Source: Octopus vulgaris
Lineage: Eukaryota
NCBI GenBank assembly: GCA_951406725.2
Contig: OX597831.1
Span: 62,806,001-62,870,000 of the forward strand
Direction: 5' to 3'
Length of the DNA stretch: 64,000 nt
Both the position numbers and the translations under genes were made by a program. Every line of letters starts with the position of its first letter. The first letter of the stretch is position 1. The notes below the pieces were generated by a model. It worked only from the letters and a program-made list of their open reading frames with translations. It was not told the origin of the DNA and did not search any database. Shown in pieces: positions 1 through 13,497 of the stretch.

Positions 1-577
1 GTTCAAAGCGATTTCTGTATTTGTAAAAGAAAATCATTTTGAAGAAAACGCTACTTGTAGAAGCACTTGAAATATGGTAATGTCGAAAACTATAATTTCC
101 GTATCAAAATTATGCGTACTAATTAGATACTAACAATTTGTAAATAAATAATGGTTAAGTAAAGTGAATATCATTCGGTTGCCAAATTCAAAACGGGTTT
201 CTTGACAAAGGGCATATTCATCTCCTTCTAACAAAAGTGTCAAAAGTTCGGACAAGGTTAATGTGGCTGAATTAAATTTTTTTCTCATTTTTAACCCATA
301 TACAAAGTAACGGTTTTTATGTCATTCCCGATAAAATGAGTACAAAATGTCAGTTAATCATTGAAAATGCTTTTCAGAACGTGCAATAGTGTCTAATTCA
401 GATCAGGGGAAAATGCAAAAGTACATCTTCAAACTGTTTGCTTAAACGCATTTAAATTCAGTAAAAGTTTTAATTTAATGTTGTTGCCATTGTCGTAAAT
501 ATCCGAATTGACAGTTCACTTACAAATTCAACGTGAGGACACTTGTTTTCATGGCAACGCAAACACTAAAAATATTC

Positions 578-619
578 ATACATATATACATACATATCTA
601 CATACAGGCATATATATAA

Positions 620-668
<49 letters not shown>

Positions 669-752
669 TATATATATACATATGTATACATACATATTTA
701 TGCATATATATATATATATATTATATATATATATACATATATAGATATATAC

Positions 753-796
<44 letters not shown>

Positions 797-813
797 TATA
801 CATACATATATAT

Positions 814-852
<39 letters not shown>

Positions 853-859
853 TATACAT

Positions 860-941
<82 letters not shown>
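578..941. repeat. Compound (TA)n/(TACA)n/(CA)n microsatellite
   Basis: Directly visible; explains the YI-repeat ORFs at 508-1021. Confidence 0.95.
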
Positions 942-947
<6 letters not shown>

Positions 948-1189
948 ACGGAGCAAATCGACAACAAGAACAAATCAAAACTGCGAGGATGTGGTACATT
1001 ACATGCAAAGTATTAGTATGACGGTCAGAAAAGGAATGAAGGGGTGGATCGCCAACAATCAGCGTGTAGTTATATTTTGGAATGGTGGAAAAATTTCCCC
1101 AAATTAGCTGTTCCGAAGTCAGTCGGAAGGACAGGGGCCGGTGTGAGCGTGCGGTAAATAGTTAATAAAAAACAGAGAAAAAGAAGACA

Positions 1190-1255
1190 ATACATGCATA
1201 CATACATACATACATACATACATACACACATATACACACGCACACACACACACAT

Positions 1256-1315
<60 letters not shown>

Positions 1316-1394
1316 GCATATATGTATATACACATATATACACAACTTGCTTACCAACCACATGACTCCGGGTTCAGTCCCACTGCGTCCCGTC

Positions 1395-1474
<80 letters not shown>
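1190..1474. repeat. (TACA)n/(CA)n/(TA)n microsatellites enclosing an internally deleted family-B SINE head (1345-1397)
   Basis: cttgcttaccaaccacatgactccgggttcagtcccactgcgt matches the family-B head and is fused to cccgtcg-(TA)n from the middle of that SINE. Confidence 0.85.
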
Positions 1475-1477
<3 letters not shown>

Positions 1478-1692
1478 GCCAAGCTAACGTGGCAGTCCAG
1501 ACAAACCTGCAAGTGGAAGCTGATGACCTTTCCTTTTCGATGGTTTTATGGACGCAGATTTGTGTGTCACTTAACTTGCTTGAGACGATGGCCTCTTCGA
1601 GCTAATTAACGTTCTATTTCTCAGGACTGCTACATGATCTTGGCGATAATTATTATTACCCAGTTCTGCTGCCGTATCTTTCCTTTAGAGAG

Positions 1693-1749
1693 ATGATAAT
1701 GATAATGATGGTAATAAATATAATGATGATGTTGATGATAACAATAATG

Positions 1750-1842
<93 letters not shown>

Positions 1843-1889
1843 TATACAGTATATAGACAGATAGAAAAACGATAGACAGACAGATAGAG

Positions 1890-1950
<61 letters not shown>
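1693..1950. repeat. (AAT)n then (GATA)n microsatellites
   Basis: Directly visible. Confidence 0.95.
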
Positions 1951-2203
1951 TCGAAATATGCGTGTAGGTGCGTGTGCGTGGGAGTGTAGACGTTCGTGAT
2001 ATTCAAATAACTTTCCTTAGATGACATTACAAATGCAAGAACAGCAAATATGTAGATGGGATGCCACGAATACTCCTCTAATTTAAAAGACCGTTTGTTT
2101 GTGGATTTTGTCCGCTAATTTTTATTACCATTATTTATTTATTTGCCATTTGCTGTTGCACTTGTCTAATATCTCCTTGCCCATGTAAACTAATAGATGT
2201 AAG

Positions 2204-2497
2204 TTTGTTCCTTCTCCTTCTCGTTCCATGCCTGGCTCATAAGAGCCGGTTTCCCGGTTTCCTTGGCGCATAGGTTCCCCACCTGGACGGGACGCCGATC
2301 CATCGCAGAGTAGCTGCTAGATGCAGGAGGAAAGAGTGAGAGAAAGTTGGTGCGAAAGAGTCAGCAGAAGTTCGCCATTACCTTCTGGAGCTTAGGTATT
2401 TCGCTCATAAACACACACATCGTCCGGTCTGAGATTCGAACCCGCGATCCCTCGACCGCGAGTCCGCTGCTCTCACCACTAGGCCATGTGCCTCCAC
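2204..2497 (-). mobile_element. tRNA-derived SINE, family A, tail type 1 (OR-like octopus SINE)
   Basis: Minus strand has A box (tggcctagtgg) and B box (ggttcgaatc). Near-identical to 28011-28323 and 33488-33790. 12-bp TSD aatagatgtaag at 2192-2203 and 2498-2509. Confidence 0.92.
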
Positions 2498-2524
2498 AAT
2501 AGATGTAAGAGTTCCCCACTGATA

Positions 2525-2645
2525 AAAAATATATCTCTCAAGGAATTGGATAAACTAAGGAAATATAAAGACCTGGATATTGAAATGCAAAAGAAGCGGC
2601 ATCTTAAAATAAGAACTGTTCCTGTTATTGTATGCGCCTTAGCTA
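2525..2645 (+). pseudogene. Dong/R4-type RLE retrotransposon C-terminal fragment
   Basis: Reads KELDKLRKYKDLDIEMQKKRHLKIRTVPVIVCAL, matching the RLE motif EK..KY..L..E...VP.I.GALG. Confidence 0.7.
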
Positions 2646-3176
2646 AAACGTAAAAATGTAAAATCAACTACAGTTAAATTTGAAATCACATTTAGAACAG
2701 ACCCTCTAAATAAATGTCTTACACTTTTTTTCGATGGTCATGATAAATACCATGTTTCATTTTATACGCAACATGAGGCATTTGCTGGTGAAAAAAAACG
2801 TCAGTCTTACACACTATATTCATCTGAATATATTACTGATAGTCATTTCGTTAACATGAATGGCATAGGCGTTATTGAACAGAAAATATTCTTTTATACA
2901 ATATATCAGGCGCAATCTGCATCTCTTATTAACTTACATATTAATTTGATCCATTTGATTTGGTTTTAAAGTAGTATTTAGAATAACGGACACAGATATG
3001 TTCAGTTCGACAAGGAGATGATAAAATGCTAACTATTAAATTGTAAACTATCTAAGACATGCAAATAACTGAGTTGCCTCTTACAAATGCTACCTAAACA
3101 CAATTTCTGCTTCTCGGGTTACCGAATTTGATTTTAAGTATGTGTCTGTGCGCGTGCGCGTTGTAAATATATAAAT

Positions 3177-3230
<54 letters not shown>

Positions 3231-3288
3231 TATATATACATATATATATGTGTGTGTGTGTGTGTGTAAATATATATACGCACATACA

Positions 3289-3348
<60 letters not shown>

Positions 3349-3645
3349 TATATATATATATATGCATACATATAATTGCAAATCGTTAACTGATATTTCT
3401 CTTAAAATATACTTTTCTTATCAGTATTTCTGCTACTCTTTTGCAACTTCACTGCTTATGCTGAAATTTCAATACTTGTTAATTCTCTGCATGAAATACC
3501 CGATTTACCTCGAGTAATTTTTCCTGTTTTAAATGTCGTACCTTGTTCTTTTTGTAGTTTTTATCTATGATGTATATTTTTAATGTTCATCCTGCTCCTT
3601 TGCAATTTATCAATTTCCCTCTGATTATCTATAACTATAAAAGAG

Positions 3646-3701
<56 letters not shown>

Positions 3702-4959
3702 TGTGTGTGTGTGTTTGAGTGTGTGTGTGTGTGCGTATGTTTCTTATCAATTCCAAAACCGATTGCCGATTTGAACGTAAGGGTATCAAAAGATTCAGTA
3801 AGCTTTTGGCTACCAACTAAACTATATTTTCATTCACATATTTATAATGCAAAAATTTAACATTATCATTTTTTTCTTTTAGTCACCTATCGTAAACGAC
3901 ATTCTATATCACCACCTCAATGACGATGTCGTCACATTTTCTATATGAGTGTGTTCGCACGTCCGTTACCTACGTCCGTCCGATAACTGACAAATATGTG
4001 TGTGATGGTATGTGTGTCTGTCAGTGCACATGCATTTTTGGGATGACTGACACACACACATATCTAAAGACAGAGAAAGACACACAAAGGGACAGAAAGA
4101 GGCTTCAGGTGTGTGTTAATGTACGTGTGTATGTGTGTCTTAGTTTATGTATGTAACTTCCCCGCCCCCAGTGAAATTACCTGATATTGAAAGTTTACTT
4201 GCATCCTGGACTTCAAACAAACAACAACGTTCACTTTCAAGTACTACCAACATACAGATTTGGCCGAATTAGCACTACTCGTAATACTCGCAACTATATC
4301 TGACCAAAAAATATATTCTGGTTATTATAACAAATTCGAAAACTTGGCTAAGGAGAAAGCCAAAGTGGCTCTTTCAGTATAATTGCAGAAATCTTATTTC
4401 ACTCCTTCTAACCAGTTTTAAGATAATGTTTTAACAGTCCTTATCTTCTTCATCACAGTGAGTATCAACGTTACACAAACTTTTTACTGCGTTTCTCAGT
4501 ATTTAATCTACAGCATATAATGTTACGCAGTTCAAAAACAGCATCTTCCTTTGGTTCAGCGTTCGTTTCAAAATTGAAAAATAAATTATTTTTGAATGAG
4601 AAATTGAATTGCACCTTCTGAATTTTCTTGGGCTTTCACTTACTTCACCGCGACATTCATTCAATTATGAATTTTTTAACATTTAGTACATGTTCCAAGT
4701 AAACGTTGACTTCCTGGATTTTCTTACATTGGTGACTCACACTAACTTTTTCTAAATTGGTGACTTTCATTTTTTATAGAATAACTATGATACAGAAAGT
4801 ATGTTTTGCGCCTATATTGAGTACTTTTCGTTTCGCTTGAACTTCGTGTGTGTACGTTTTGCTCTTTTCAATTTTATCAATTCTATGAGTGTGTTTATGT
4901 GTGTGTTTCTGCGTTCGTTATGTGTATAGTAAACTATAAAGAACATTTTATACTGTTTT

Positions 4960-5253
4960 AATGAGCCCACATCAAATGAAGTAGCCATCCTTATGGTTGG
5001 TGATCCCATCAAAAATGATGATATTCTCGTTCGTGTTCAAGATAACAAACTTAAACATATTTCACAGACTCATCCCTCTTATGATGCTCTCCAGTATAAT
5101 CTTATTCTGTGGAATGGACAAGATGGGTATTATTTGGTTATTCGTCGGATTGAACCTGCAACACAATACCCAATTACAAACAAAAGGATGTCGTCAAATG
5201 ACTTCTATTCTTACCAACTGATGTTGATACCGGAACAATCAAATCATTTTTAA
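4960..5253 (+). pseudogene. Helitron Rep/Helicase fragment
   Basis: PTSNEVAILMVG...ISQTHPSYDALQYNLILWNGQDGY...FYSYQLM matches the Helitron RepHel segment SYDALQYPL.F..GEDGY. Confidence 0.85.
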
Positions 5254-5256
5254 TAT

Positions 5257-5447
5257 AGACACAAGGCCTGAAATTTCGTGAGTCGAAGACATAGACTACA
5301 GTGTTTCACTGGTACTTAATTTAATGACCCCGAAAAGATGAAAGGCAAAGTTGACCCCGGCGGCATTTGAAATCAGAACGTAAAGAGAGGCGAAATATCG
5401 CTCAAGCATTTTGCTCGGCATGCTAACAATTCTGCCAGCTCACCGCT
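5257..5447 (-). mobile_element. tRNA-derived SINE, family C (MetaSINE-like core)
   Basis: Core gtcaactttgcctttcatc..cggggtc..aattaagtaccag shared with the copies at 60264 and 60884. Confidence 0.85.
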
Positions 5448-5706
5448 TTCGAGACAAATGAAATCAATTACACATGTCAAATAAACTTTATTTTCATTTA
5501 CATATTTACTACGTTATCTCAATAACAAGCAATAGTTATTCGAAATACACTTCTCTACAACGACCAGGTTTCATTACAAAATGAAAATAGTTACACAATT
5601 TCAATTTGTACCAAAGTTAAAAGGTGTTGCATTACTACAATGACGATATGTGAATAATGACTGCAAAGTGTCTCCCAAACATATGTATTACAATAAAGAA
5701 AACTGC

Positions 5707-6123
5707 TTACTCTTACTCTTTACTCTTTTACTTGTTTCAGTCATTTGACTGCGGCCATGCTGGAGCACCGCATTTAGTCGAGCAAATCGACCCCGGGACT
5801 TATTCTTTGTAAGCCCAGTACTTATTCTATCGGTCTCTTTTGCCGAACCGCTAAGTGACGGGGACGTAAACACACCAGCATCGGTTGTCAAGCAATGCTA
5901 GGGGGACAAATACAGACACACAAACATATACACACACACTTATATATATATACATATATACGACAGGCTTCTTTCAGTTTCCGTCTACCAAATCCACTCA
6001 CAAGGCATTGGTCGGCCCGGGACTATAGCAGAAGACAGTTGCCCAAGATGCCACGCAGTGGGACTGAACCCGGAACCATGTGGTTGGTTAGCAAGCTACT
6101 TACCACACAGCCACTCCTGCGCC
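5707..6123 (-). mobile_element. tRNA-derived SINE, family B (internal microsatellite)
   Basis: Head ggcgcaggagtggctgtgtggtaag, CORE-like cttgggcaa motif, internal TA/TG tract and (agtaaa)n-like tail; four other full copies in the window. Confidence 0.92.
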
Positions 6124-6309
6124 TATTATCTATCTACCTAATAAACTATGTTTTTCATTCAATAACTCTTTTTTACAACTAAAATAACATCGGCAACTTC
6201 TTGCAGTGTGCACGTGCAAATTTAGATCTTAGACCCAATTGAAATGATATTTTGTGTTTAATTTGTGTTTATGATGAGCGTATTTAAAATCCTGATCATC
6301 GATACAAAC

Positions 6310-7000
6310 TTAAAAGGAAGTTTTCCCAGAAATCCTGTCCTTTAAATCTTCCTTTTAGCATGTCCGAGGTGACATTTCTTCCTCAATTTATTTTTTTCCT
6401 AAATGTCTTCGCCACACAGGAGTTTAGGATTTCACTCACAAAGCACATTCTCAATAATTTAATTTTCTCCCTCTCCACACCAAATTAATCTTTTACTTTT
6501 TTCAAATTTTTATTCTTGGAGAAAAAACAGAGTACGAATCTTTAAGAATTTTACCCATCACCTCATCACAATCAAAAAACTACAGACTCTCAATGTTTTA
6601 TTTTTAACTTTTTGGTAAACAGGGAAGTTTCTGCAGAAATAATGTCGTTTACTTGTTGTTTCTAGCATGTCGGGTTTTCTGATGGTGGTCTGGTATTTTT
6701 AAGCCTACTATTTCAGTAGAATTCTACGCATGCGAGAAACATCAGACAAAAGTGAAAGATCGAGAAATTTTAGCATTTTGAAAGCTGGTAGATGATGGGT
6801 GGGCAAGGTGGGTGAAGGAGCATTGAGTGTTTCTATAAGAAAAATTAAACTCTCTATATATATTTCCCAGATTCGTAATCTCTGAATTTTTTACGTAGAT
6901 AACAAAAAAAAATTGAAAAATGTTACAAATTAAAAAATTCTGGTGGGAATAGCGGGAAATTAAAATTTTGGAAACGTGATTTCTGAACAAAATCGTCTTA
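6310..7000. mobile_element. Degenerate TIR DNA-transposon relic, TTAA-flanked
   Basis: Weak inverted similarity between the ends (ttaa...cagaaatc...) and between inner segments. Confidence 0.35.
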
Positions 7001-7949
7001 ACCCCCTTTTATATGATGAAACAATAAATAGTTTCTGATCCTTCATATATACGGGAAGCACTTTCATGCAATCCCAAGTGAATTGTACCCTCACCCTTCA
7101 CTATTAAACAAAAAATAACTTCCATTATTCCATTAACTATAAATTAGCTGTGCCAATTCTGCCAATTAAGAAAAGAGCAAATAATACAATGTGCTTGTAG
7201 GTCACAACACCCGGGCAACACCGGGATGCATTACTAGTATTTATATACTTTCTTATTTCGACATTATACAGTAAAATGATACAATAATGAAATCGGTGTT
7301 CTTCGTCATAAAGGAATGGAGGGGACTGATGTGGTGAGGAGGAACATAAATTAGCAAAAGAAGGTGAATATTACTGACAAACTTGATTTCGAATACATGA
7401 CCGTTCTTTGCATTCGAAGGAGGGATATAGATAATTATGTCAAATCCAATACATGACGGATGCTTTAGCTTTATTTCATCGCGCTCATAAGGATGAGAGA
7501 GAATTATAGCCTCAGCTGGATAAGAAATTAGAAGTTTAAGAGCCACAACAAAATACTGCAAGCTCATGTCTCTGATTCGTTCAATCTTCCACCTTTGTGA
7601 TATATGTAGGAAGAGCTCGTAAGCACTAGAAACCTATTTATAATCAGGCGAGTAATTACTTTTATGCTAAAGATCAATGACGGTATTCTACATTAATTAC
7701 GTGCAATATTATAGAGTGTGATAACAATTTCCGTAGAACATATGTTCATTGGTTTCATAATTATATTCTGATGTGGTATTACCACATTCTGAGATGATAT
7801 TACTACGGTTCAAAAGTTCCACTACACTTATCTAATCACATTGGATTTTGAGTAGCCGTGTTCAGTATAAACATATGTGCTTGCGCGCGTGTGCGTTTGT
7901 GTGTGTGTGGATTAACTAGTGTCAAAAGGAAGGGCTTTAAAATAGTCAT

Positions 7950-10015
7950 TGAACTTAGAAAAGAAGATAGAGCCGAGACATATACCTTTCACCCCCAAAA
8001 TAGACTTAAATTACAAAGACCACAAGATTTATTTTGATATTAACCCTACTCCTTGACTATTTAGGTTTAGGGTTGCTCCATCGAGTAGGATATATGTAGG
8101 TATAGTAAATATGCTTTTGATAGAATACTACCGAACCTTAGATCTAAGATTAAACTCGCACTATGGTCAGACATACTGGAGGTTATTAGATGATTCAAAT
8201 GATTAGAGTATTATTAATCCAGTGGTGGATATATCTAATATCAATCCATCACTTATGAATAAGGGTCTAAATTGTGCTATGATTTTTCTATAACAGATAT
8301 CGATATAATATCAGCCACCCATAGCACTTTAATGGATTTCGATAACAGACTGTGGACAAAATATGATAGGGTTGACTGTTTGGACATAGCAGTGGGATCA
8401 AACAACTGAGCGCAAGTCACTGATCTCGTAGAAATATAAAACTTATTCCAGATGAAATCCTAGTTCTCAAAGCTTCGAAAGGTGGTCTATACATGAATGA
8501 CGCTCTCTTCATATTAGATGGATGTAGTAAAATAGAAATGGAGAGATATAAGGAATGACTATTTAAATTCTTCAAAAATTTCAGAGTATATTTTACTTAA
8601 GAAAATAATTGCTGTAAGATAATTTTCCTTCGTGTAGCATTCAGTGTGGATACCGAATTATTTGAACCATGCCATAAACCGAACAAAAATGTAAGGTATG
8701 TTAGTAAAAATATAGCCACCCTCTCTCTATCATAAAGGGAATTATAAATAATTTATCCAATCAGATATATCAACTTTCGGCAAATGAAATTATATTTAGC
8801 TTGCAAGCACATTATATTGTAACAATGTAGCATTATGTAGCACAAATTATATTTTACATACGTAAAAATTATCTCATCAATGTATATAGCAACAACAGTG
8901 GCACACCGTCGGTTACGACAACGAGGGTTCTAGTTGATCCAATCAACGGAACAGCCTGCTTGTGAAATTAACGTACAAGTGGCTGTGCACTCCACAGTTA
9001 CGTGTACCCTTAACATATTTCTCGGGGAGATTCAGCATGACACAGGGTGTGACAAGGCTGGCCCTTTGAAATACAGGTACAACAGAAACAGGAAGAAAGA
9101 GTGAGAGAAAGTTGTGGTGAATGAGTACAGCAGGATTCACAACCATCCCCTGCCGGAGCCTCGTGGAGCTTTAGGTATTTTCGCTCAATAAAAACTCACA
9201 ACGCCCGGTCTGAGAATCGAAACCGCGATCCTATGACCGCGAGTCCCCTGCCCTAACCACTGTGCTATTCGCGCCTCCACATAACACGAGTAATAGGACT
9301 AAAATATAATTTAGTACAAAAAATTATACATACGAAAGAGATGAACGTGTTCGTCTCAACTCAAGAAAGAGAAGAAAGAGCACAATAAATGAAACTAAAT
9401 GGAAAATAGAGCTAATCTAAATATTAATTATAAGCCTAACTCTAATTTCTTTGATAGTGACTCTATTACAGATTATACTAGTCATAATAACCCGGACAAC
9501 AAGTATACAAAAGACAATGTTTCGTGGTATAATCCAATTTTCGGATTGCATGTATCATCCAATACTGCTAGGGACTTCTTTGCTGCATTAGATAGGCACT
9601 TTCTTAGATCTATATAAATGCCAAAATATTTTTAACAGACATACGGTGTAATTATCGTACGGCATATATAATAACTTAGAATACCACATTTATAAACTCA
9701 ATAATAGGAAGATAAAGCAGGAGATCATTATCATCATTAGTTGGGGTAAAGAAAATAAGGATTGCAATAGTAAAGAAGAAAATAATCAAGCCCGTCCAAA
9801 TAATTCTGATAAAAGTAATAATATAGGTGACAAAAATATTATGAGTAATTTTCAAAATACTGAAAATTTCATTAATAGCAGTATTCGAAACAGGAATAAG
9901 GGCATTAATGAAGGATATATCAAGAGCACTAATGATAAACATAAGATAAATGTTACGGCTGATCATAGACTGACTATCGGTTTTGCAACCATAATCCGCT
10001 TAGCAGTATAGGTGA
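7950..10015 (+). pseudogene. Decayed Penelope-like element (YRDD-type RT plus linker to GIY-YIG; Naiad-like), interrupted by a SINE
   Basis: AVGSNN*AQVTDLVEI (cf. MGSYDGAEVCELVG), GGLYMNDAL (cf. GLYRDDGL), NVSWYNPIFGLHVSSNTARDFFAALDRHF and IFNRHTV.LSY (cf. WFNPPF...KHF...KIFNRNT.K.SYS). Decayed HHR-like motif at about 9965-10012. Confidence 0.8.
8889..9280 (-). mobile_element. SINE family A, tail type 2
   Basis: Same tRNA head and core (ccgggcg..gagcgaaa..ctccacgaggctccggcag..caactttctctcactc) as family A, with an unrelated 3' module. Confidence 0.88.
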
Positions 10016-11004
10016 CACGTTAAATTCAAACGGCCGAAGGCGAAAACCTCTCTACATCTGAAGGAAGAAATATGTCACGAATTTCCATATTTTGAAACGT
10101 TTAATCAAGTTTTATATCTTTCTTGCTCGGGGAAAATTTTACCTGCATAAGAAACAAAACGAAAATAATAGGCATAAATGCTTTGAACAGATTCTTGAGT
10201 GACCTATTGAAATATTGATGTTATACACTCCAGTGGATCGTTATAGTGTGTACAGTAAATATATCAAGATCCTTTGCCAGCAATGCATGTAATTTGAAGA
10301 ACAAAATCATTCAAAATTTGGGCAACTATCGATTAAACTATGTTCGGGTACCATTTGGAGACTTAAGAATTAAATTTATGGCTTGCTTCCAACATTTTTC
10401 AAAAATGGCAATGATCATCCCCCGAAGAAGTGGTTTTTCATTCGTAATGTTTCGTAATCGATTGTTGATTATGAAAATGAACATGAGCCAAGAACTTTAA
10501 AACTTTGGCCTGATATCTGTCACTTTTAAGTACATATGATAGTAGGTTAGAGAACACCAGTTACACGAAATAGTCGACTAGCTTTAGTGCTTTTGTTGCC
10601 TTCAGTGACTTGGCTACCTGTCTCCGAAATGCTATGTGACGAAGAAATTATTAAATGCAGTGAATAAAACTCTCTGCATTACATAGAGAGAAACGAATAC
10701 TCTCATTTTTGACAAGTTCATATAGCAAAGGAATTCACTGCAAGAACATTAGAGAATACAATGTCTCTTATTGGGCCGAGATTCATCCTATTAGAAAATC
10801 AGTATAAATCTCACCAGAAGAAGAAGGGAGCAGCTGTCATGGGAAAAGTTGTCGGATGTGAGAAGACTCCCATCATTTCGTGAACAACTAACTAAAAACA
10901 GGAGTTAAAAACGTAAACAAAGGTTACATTCGCAACCGCGTCTTTATGCTATGAAAGCAATATAAAAAAAATAGTTAAAATGTATGATGTTTGTGAAAAA
11001 TGAC

Positions 11005-11215
11005 TGGATTGGCCAAAAAGTTCGTGTTTTTTAAGTAAAAATAAGATTAAGGTTTTAAGCAGAAACCTATTATTTCAGTCAGAGATATAACTATCGTTTT
11101 GTATCAGTATCTTTTGCTACCCTATTGACTGATCCATTATTCCCCTTACATACACTCCAGAGTTGAATGTCTGTCCATTCAGTGAATTGTGAAGACGCAA
11201 AACAGAGGAAACACT
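11005..11215 (-). pseudogene. Mariner transposase 3' remnant with terminal region
   Basis: Minus strand reads LHNSLNG (cf. LFRSLQNSLNG); end ttggccaaaaagttcg resembles a mariner TIR. Confidence 0.5.
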
Positions 11216-11287
11216 GAAGGCTGAGGGTGCCTGTCAACTTTCTAGCCAAACCCCAGCAACTTCTTCAAAGAGATGTTTTCTGTGACA

Positions 11288-11725
11288 TTTCCTAACACCC
11301 TAGTCGCATTTAGTGACATTTGTAATTGCCCTTTTTGGTTAAACATTGCAAGCTGCTGTTCATATTAATTTTATATATACACATCAGCGAAACGCTAATT
11401 CATCCAATTAACGAAAATATAAATACTAACAGTGAAGCATGTCCGGAAAGTGCGAAGTCGAGTTGTCTTAACTAATGACGCAACGGAAATTGCCGAAACT
11501 GACGCGTCAATATTAAGCATTCTTCATCTGCACACTTCAGATGATTATGGTCCCTGTTAGTGTATATATTTTCACTTATATGCGTTAATTACAGCAGTAA
11601 AGTGGTTTAGTTCTTATTTCTAGCAATGTAGGTGTTTCCTAACACCCTAGTCGCATTTAGTAACATCTGTAAATCTCCCTTTTGATGAACCATTGCAAAT
11701 TGTTGTTCATATTAATTTCTATATT
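11288..11725. repeat. Imperfect direct repeat of about 88 bp, period about 348 bp
   Basis: tttcctaacaccctagtcgcatttagt...ttcatattaattt at 11288 and 11636. Confidence 0.85.
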
Positions 11726-12658
11726 AATTTCTATACCGACGAAGTGTTATGTAGGTGACGAGAAAATCTCGAAGGGATAAATAAGCGATGGGGAATCTGT
11801 GACAGAAGAAAATGAAAGTTTGAACATGAAAAATATATTCAAAAGCGTGTAAATGCGACTGATTATTTATATATGAATGTAAATGTATGTGTACGCAGAC
11901 TGACAAATCCTTTTCGCTAATTACATGGTAGTGACGGGTGTAGCTTATATTACGAAGACAGTATTTTCATGTAGGCATTGAAATAATAAACATGAATAAA
12001 AATGGAGACTAACATCCGATAAACAATTCATAACTGACAATTTTTCTGATGACTATTGGCATAACAGAAAGACCGTCAGTACAATTTATCTCAAGTACTC
12101 ATTATTTGAGTGGTGTAAATTTCATAGATGCCAGAATGATGAGAACCAAAGTACTAGCAATAATAATATAGGCATAAGGCCAAAAATTTCACAAAATCGA
12201 CCGCTCTAGTATTTAGCTTAGCGAACCCAGAAGGATCGACAGCAGAATCGCTAGCATCTCAGGAGCTCTAGCTGAACAGGAATATTTAACTGCTGTCTGT
12301 GCAAGAATAGAGAAATAACTTTTATCTATTTATAACCATTTAATATTGTGACTTTTCTGAAGGAATGAGTTCGATTTTCATAATTAGCTCTCTCACTAGC
12401 TACGTAAGGAAATATTTCTTAATGGTGGCCGAGTGCTGAATATTCCAAAATTTTCATTAAGATATTCATTTTATAACCACTACAAACTTTTTTTTTATCG
12501 ATGTATACATTTGACTTGAAATGATAATAGCCGTATACACACGTACATACTTACTCTCTCGCACATACAAACACCCACACATTCACCTAAAATAGCTACA
12601 CAAAGCAATAAAGCGGGAAAGCAAGCTAAAGCGCCTTCCCATGAAGTAAACATGCATA

Positions 12659-12714
12659 TCCTTATCACGTGATTTCGAACTCTGATCATTATAATCTTAG
12701 TTTTCATCAGAGGA
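12659..12714 (-). ncRNA. Type I hammerhead ribozyme motif
   Basis: tcct-CTGATGA-(stem II aact/agtt plus inner gatta/tgatc)-GAAA-tcacgtga-TA^agga. Confidence 0.8.
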
Positions 12715-12823
12715 ACTCACTGGCACGCCAGGTTAAAAAGGGTGACTCACCTCATAAAATTCATGAAAAAAACTGTTGAAAGCCAGCGAGAAATTCCAAA
12801 TGGTCAAAGTGTATAATATAAAT

Positions 12824-13082
12824 ACAATCAGATATTACAATACATTAATATATTAAAAAGCTATACTACATATATTATAATATAGATGGCTCGTAAGCAT
12901 TTAAAAGCTTGTCAGTTAATGAGGTTAGTCTTCTGTATGGCTATTTCTTGTCGTTTTGATTCCTATTTCAAGCAATTGCCCGTACAAATTTGTACCCTTG
13001 TTTCCTAGCTAACGAGCCACCTATATTATAATATATGTAGTATACTCTTTTATTTTATCAATATATTGTAATATCTTATTGT
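12824..13082. repeat. Inverted repeat (arms 12824-12894 and 13012-13082)
   Basis: acaatcagatattacaat...gatggctcgt versus acgagccacc...tgtaatatcttattgt. Confidence 0.85.
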
Positions 13083-13097
13083 GTATATGTATGTATG

Positions 13098-13198
<101 letters not shown>

Positions 13199-13207
13199 CG
13201 TAGCCAT

Positions 13208-13497
13208 TTCAACATGGCTGTACACTCGAACAGACATTACTGCGATTTTTTAACCCCAACAGGACATATCCTCTAGCTGGATAACAATGCAGAGCTGCAT
13301 CCGATACCGAAGAGTGGAAGAAATAACCCGAAACCAGCTCTGGTCTACTGGTCCCATCGCTAGAATGTGGTAGGCGTTTGCTCCCCTACTCGCAATTTAT
13401 CAGATGCAGCTCTGCATCGTTAACCAGCTAAAAGAGATGTCCTCTTGGGGTTAAAAAAATCACAGTAGAGTCAATTTGAATGGACAGCCATGTTGAA
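13208..13497. mobile_element. Fold-back element (arms 13208-13306 and 13398-13497) with decayed hammerhead at 13301-13351 (+)
   Basis: About 100-bp imperfect arms. ccgata-CCGAAGA-gtgg..ccc-GAAA-ccagctctgg-TC^tactgg has one core substitution. Confidence 0.75.

Larger units (their letters stand above)
3628..7237 (+). mobile_element. Non-autonomous Helitron, about 3.6 kb, with nested insertions
   Basis: 5' A|TCtataactataaaag; 3' hairpin cccgggcaacaccggg then CTAG|T; internal RepHel fragment. Ends resemble the mini-Helitron at 58040-58228. Confidence 0.65.

Noticed and set aside
2420-2497. Functional tRNA genes at SINE heads
   Set aside because: Heads are attached to SINE bodies, often with TSDs, and lack a proper acceptor stem.
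8400-8415. In-frame TGA in the PLE RT as selenocysteine
   Set aside because: It falls at a conserved Gly position in a heavily decayed copy; a GGA-to-TGA mutation is the simpler explanation.
12040-12085. CTGATGA...GAAA...GTC hammerhead-like string
   Set aside because: Stems I and III do not pair properly.
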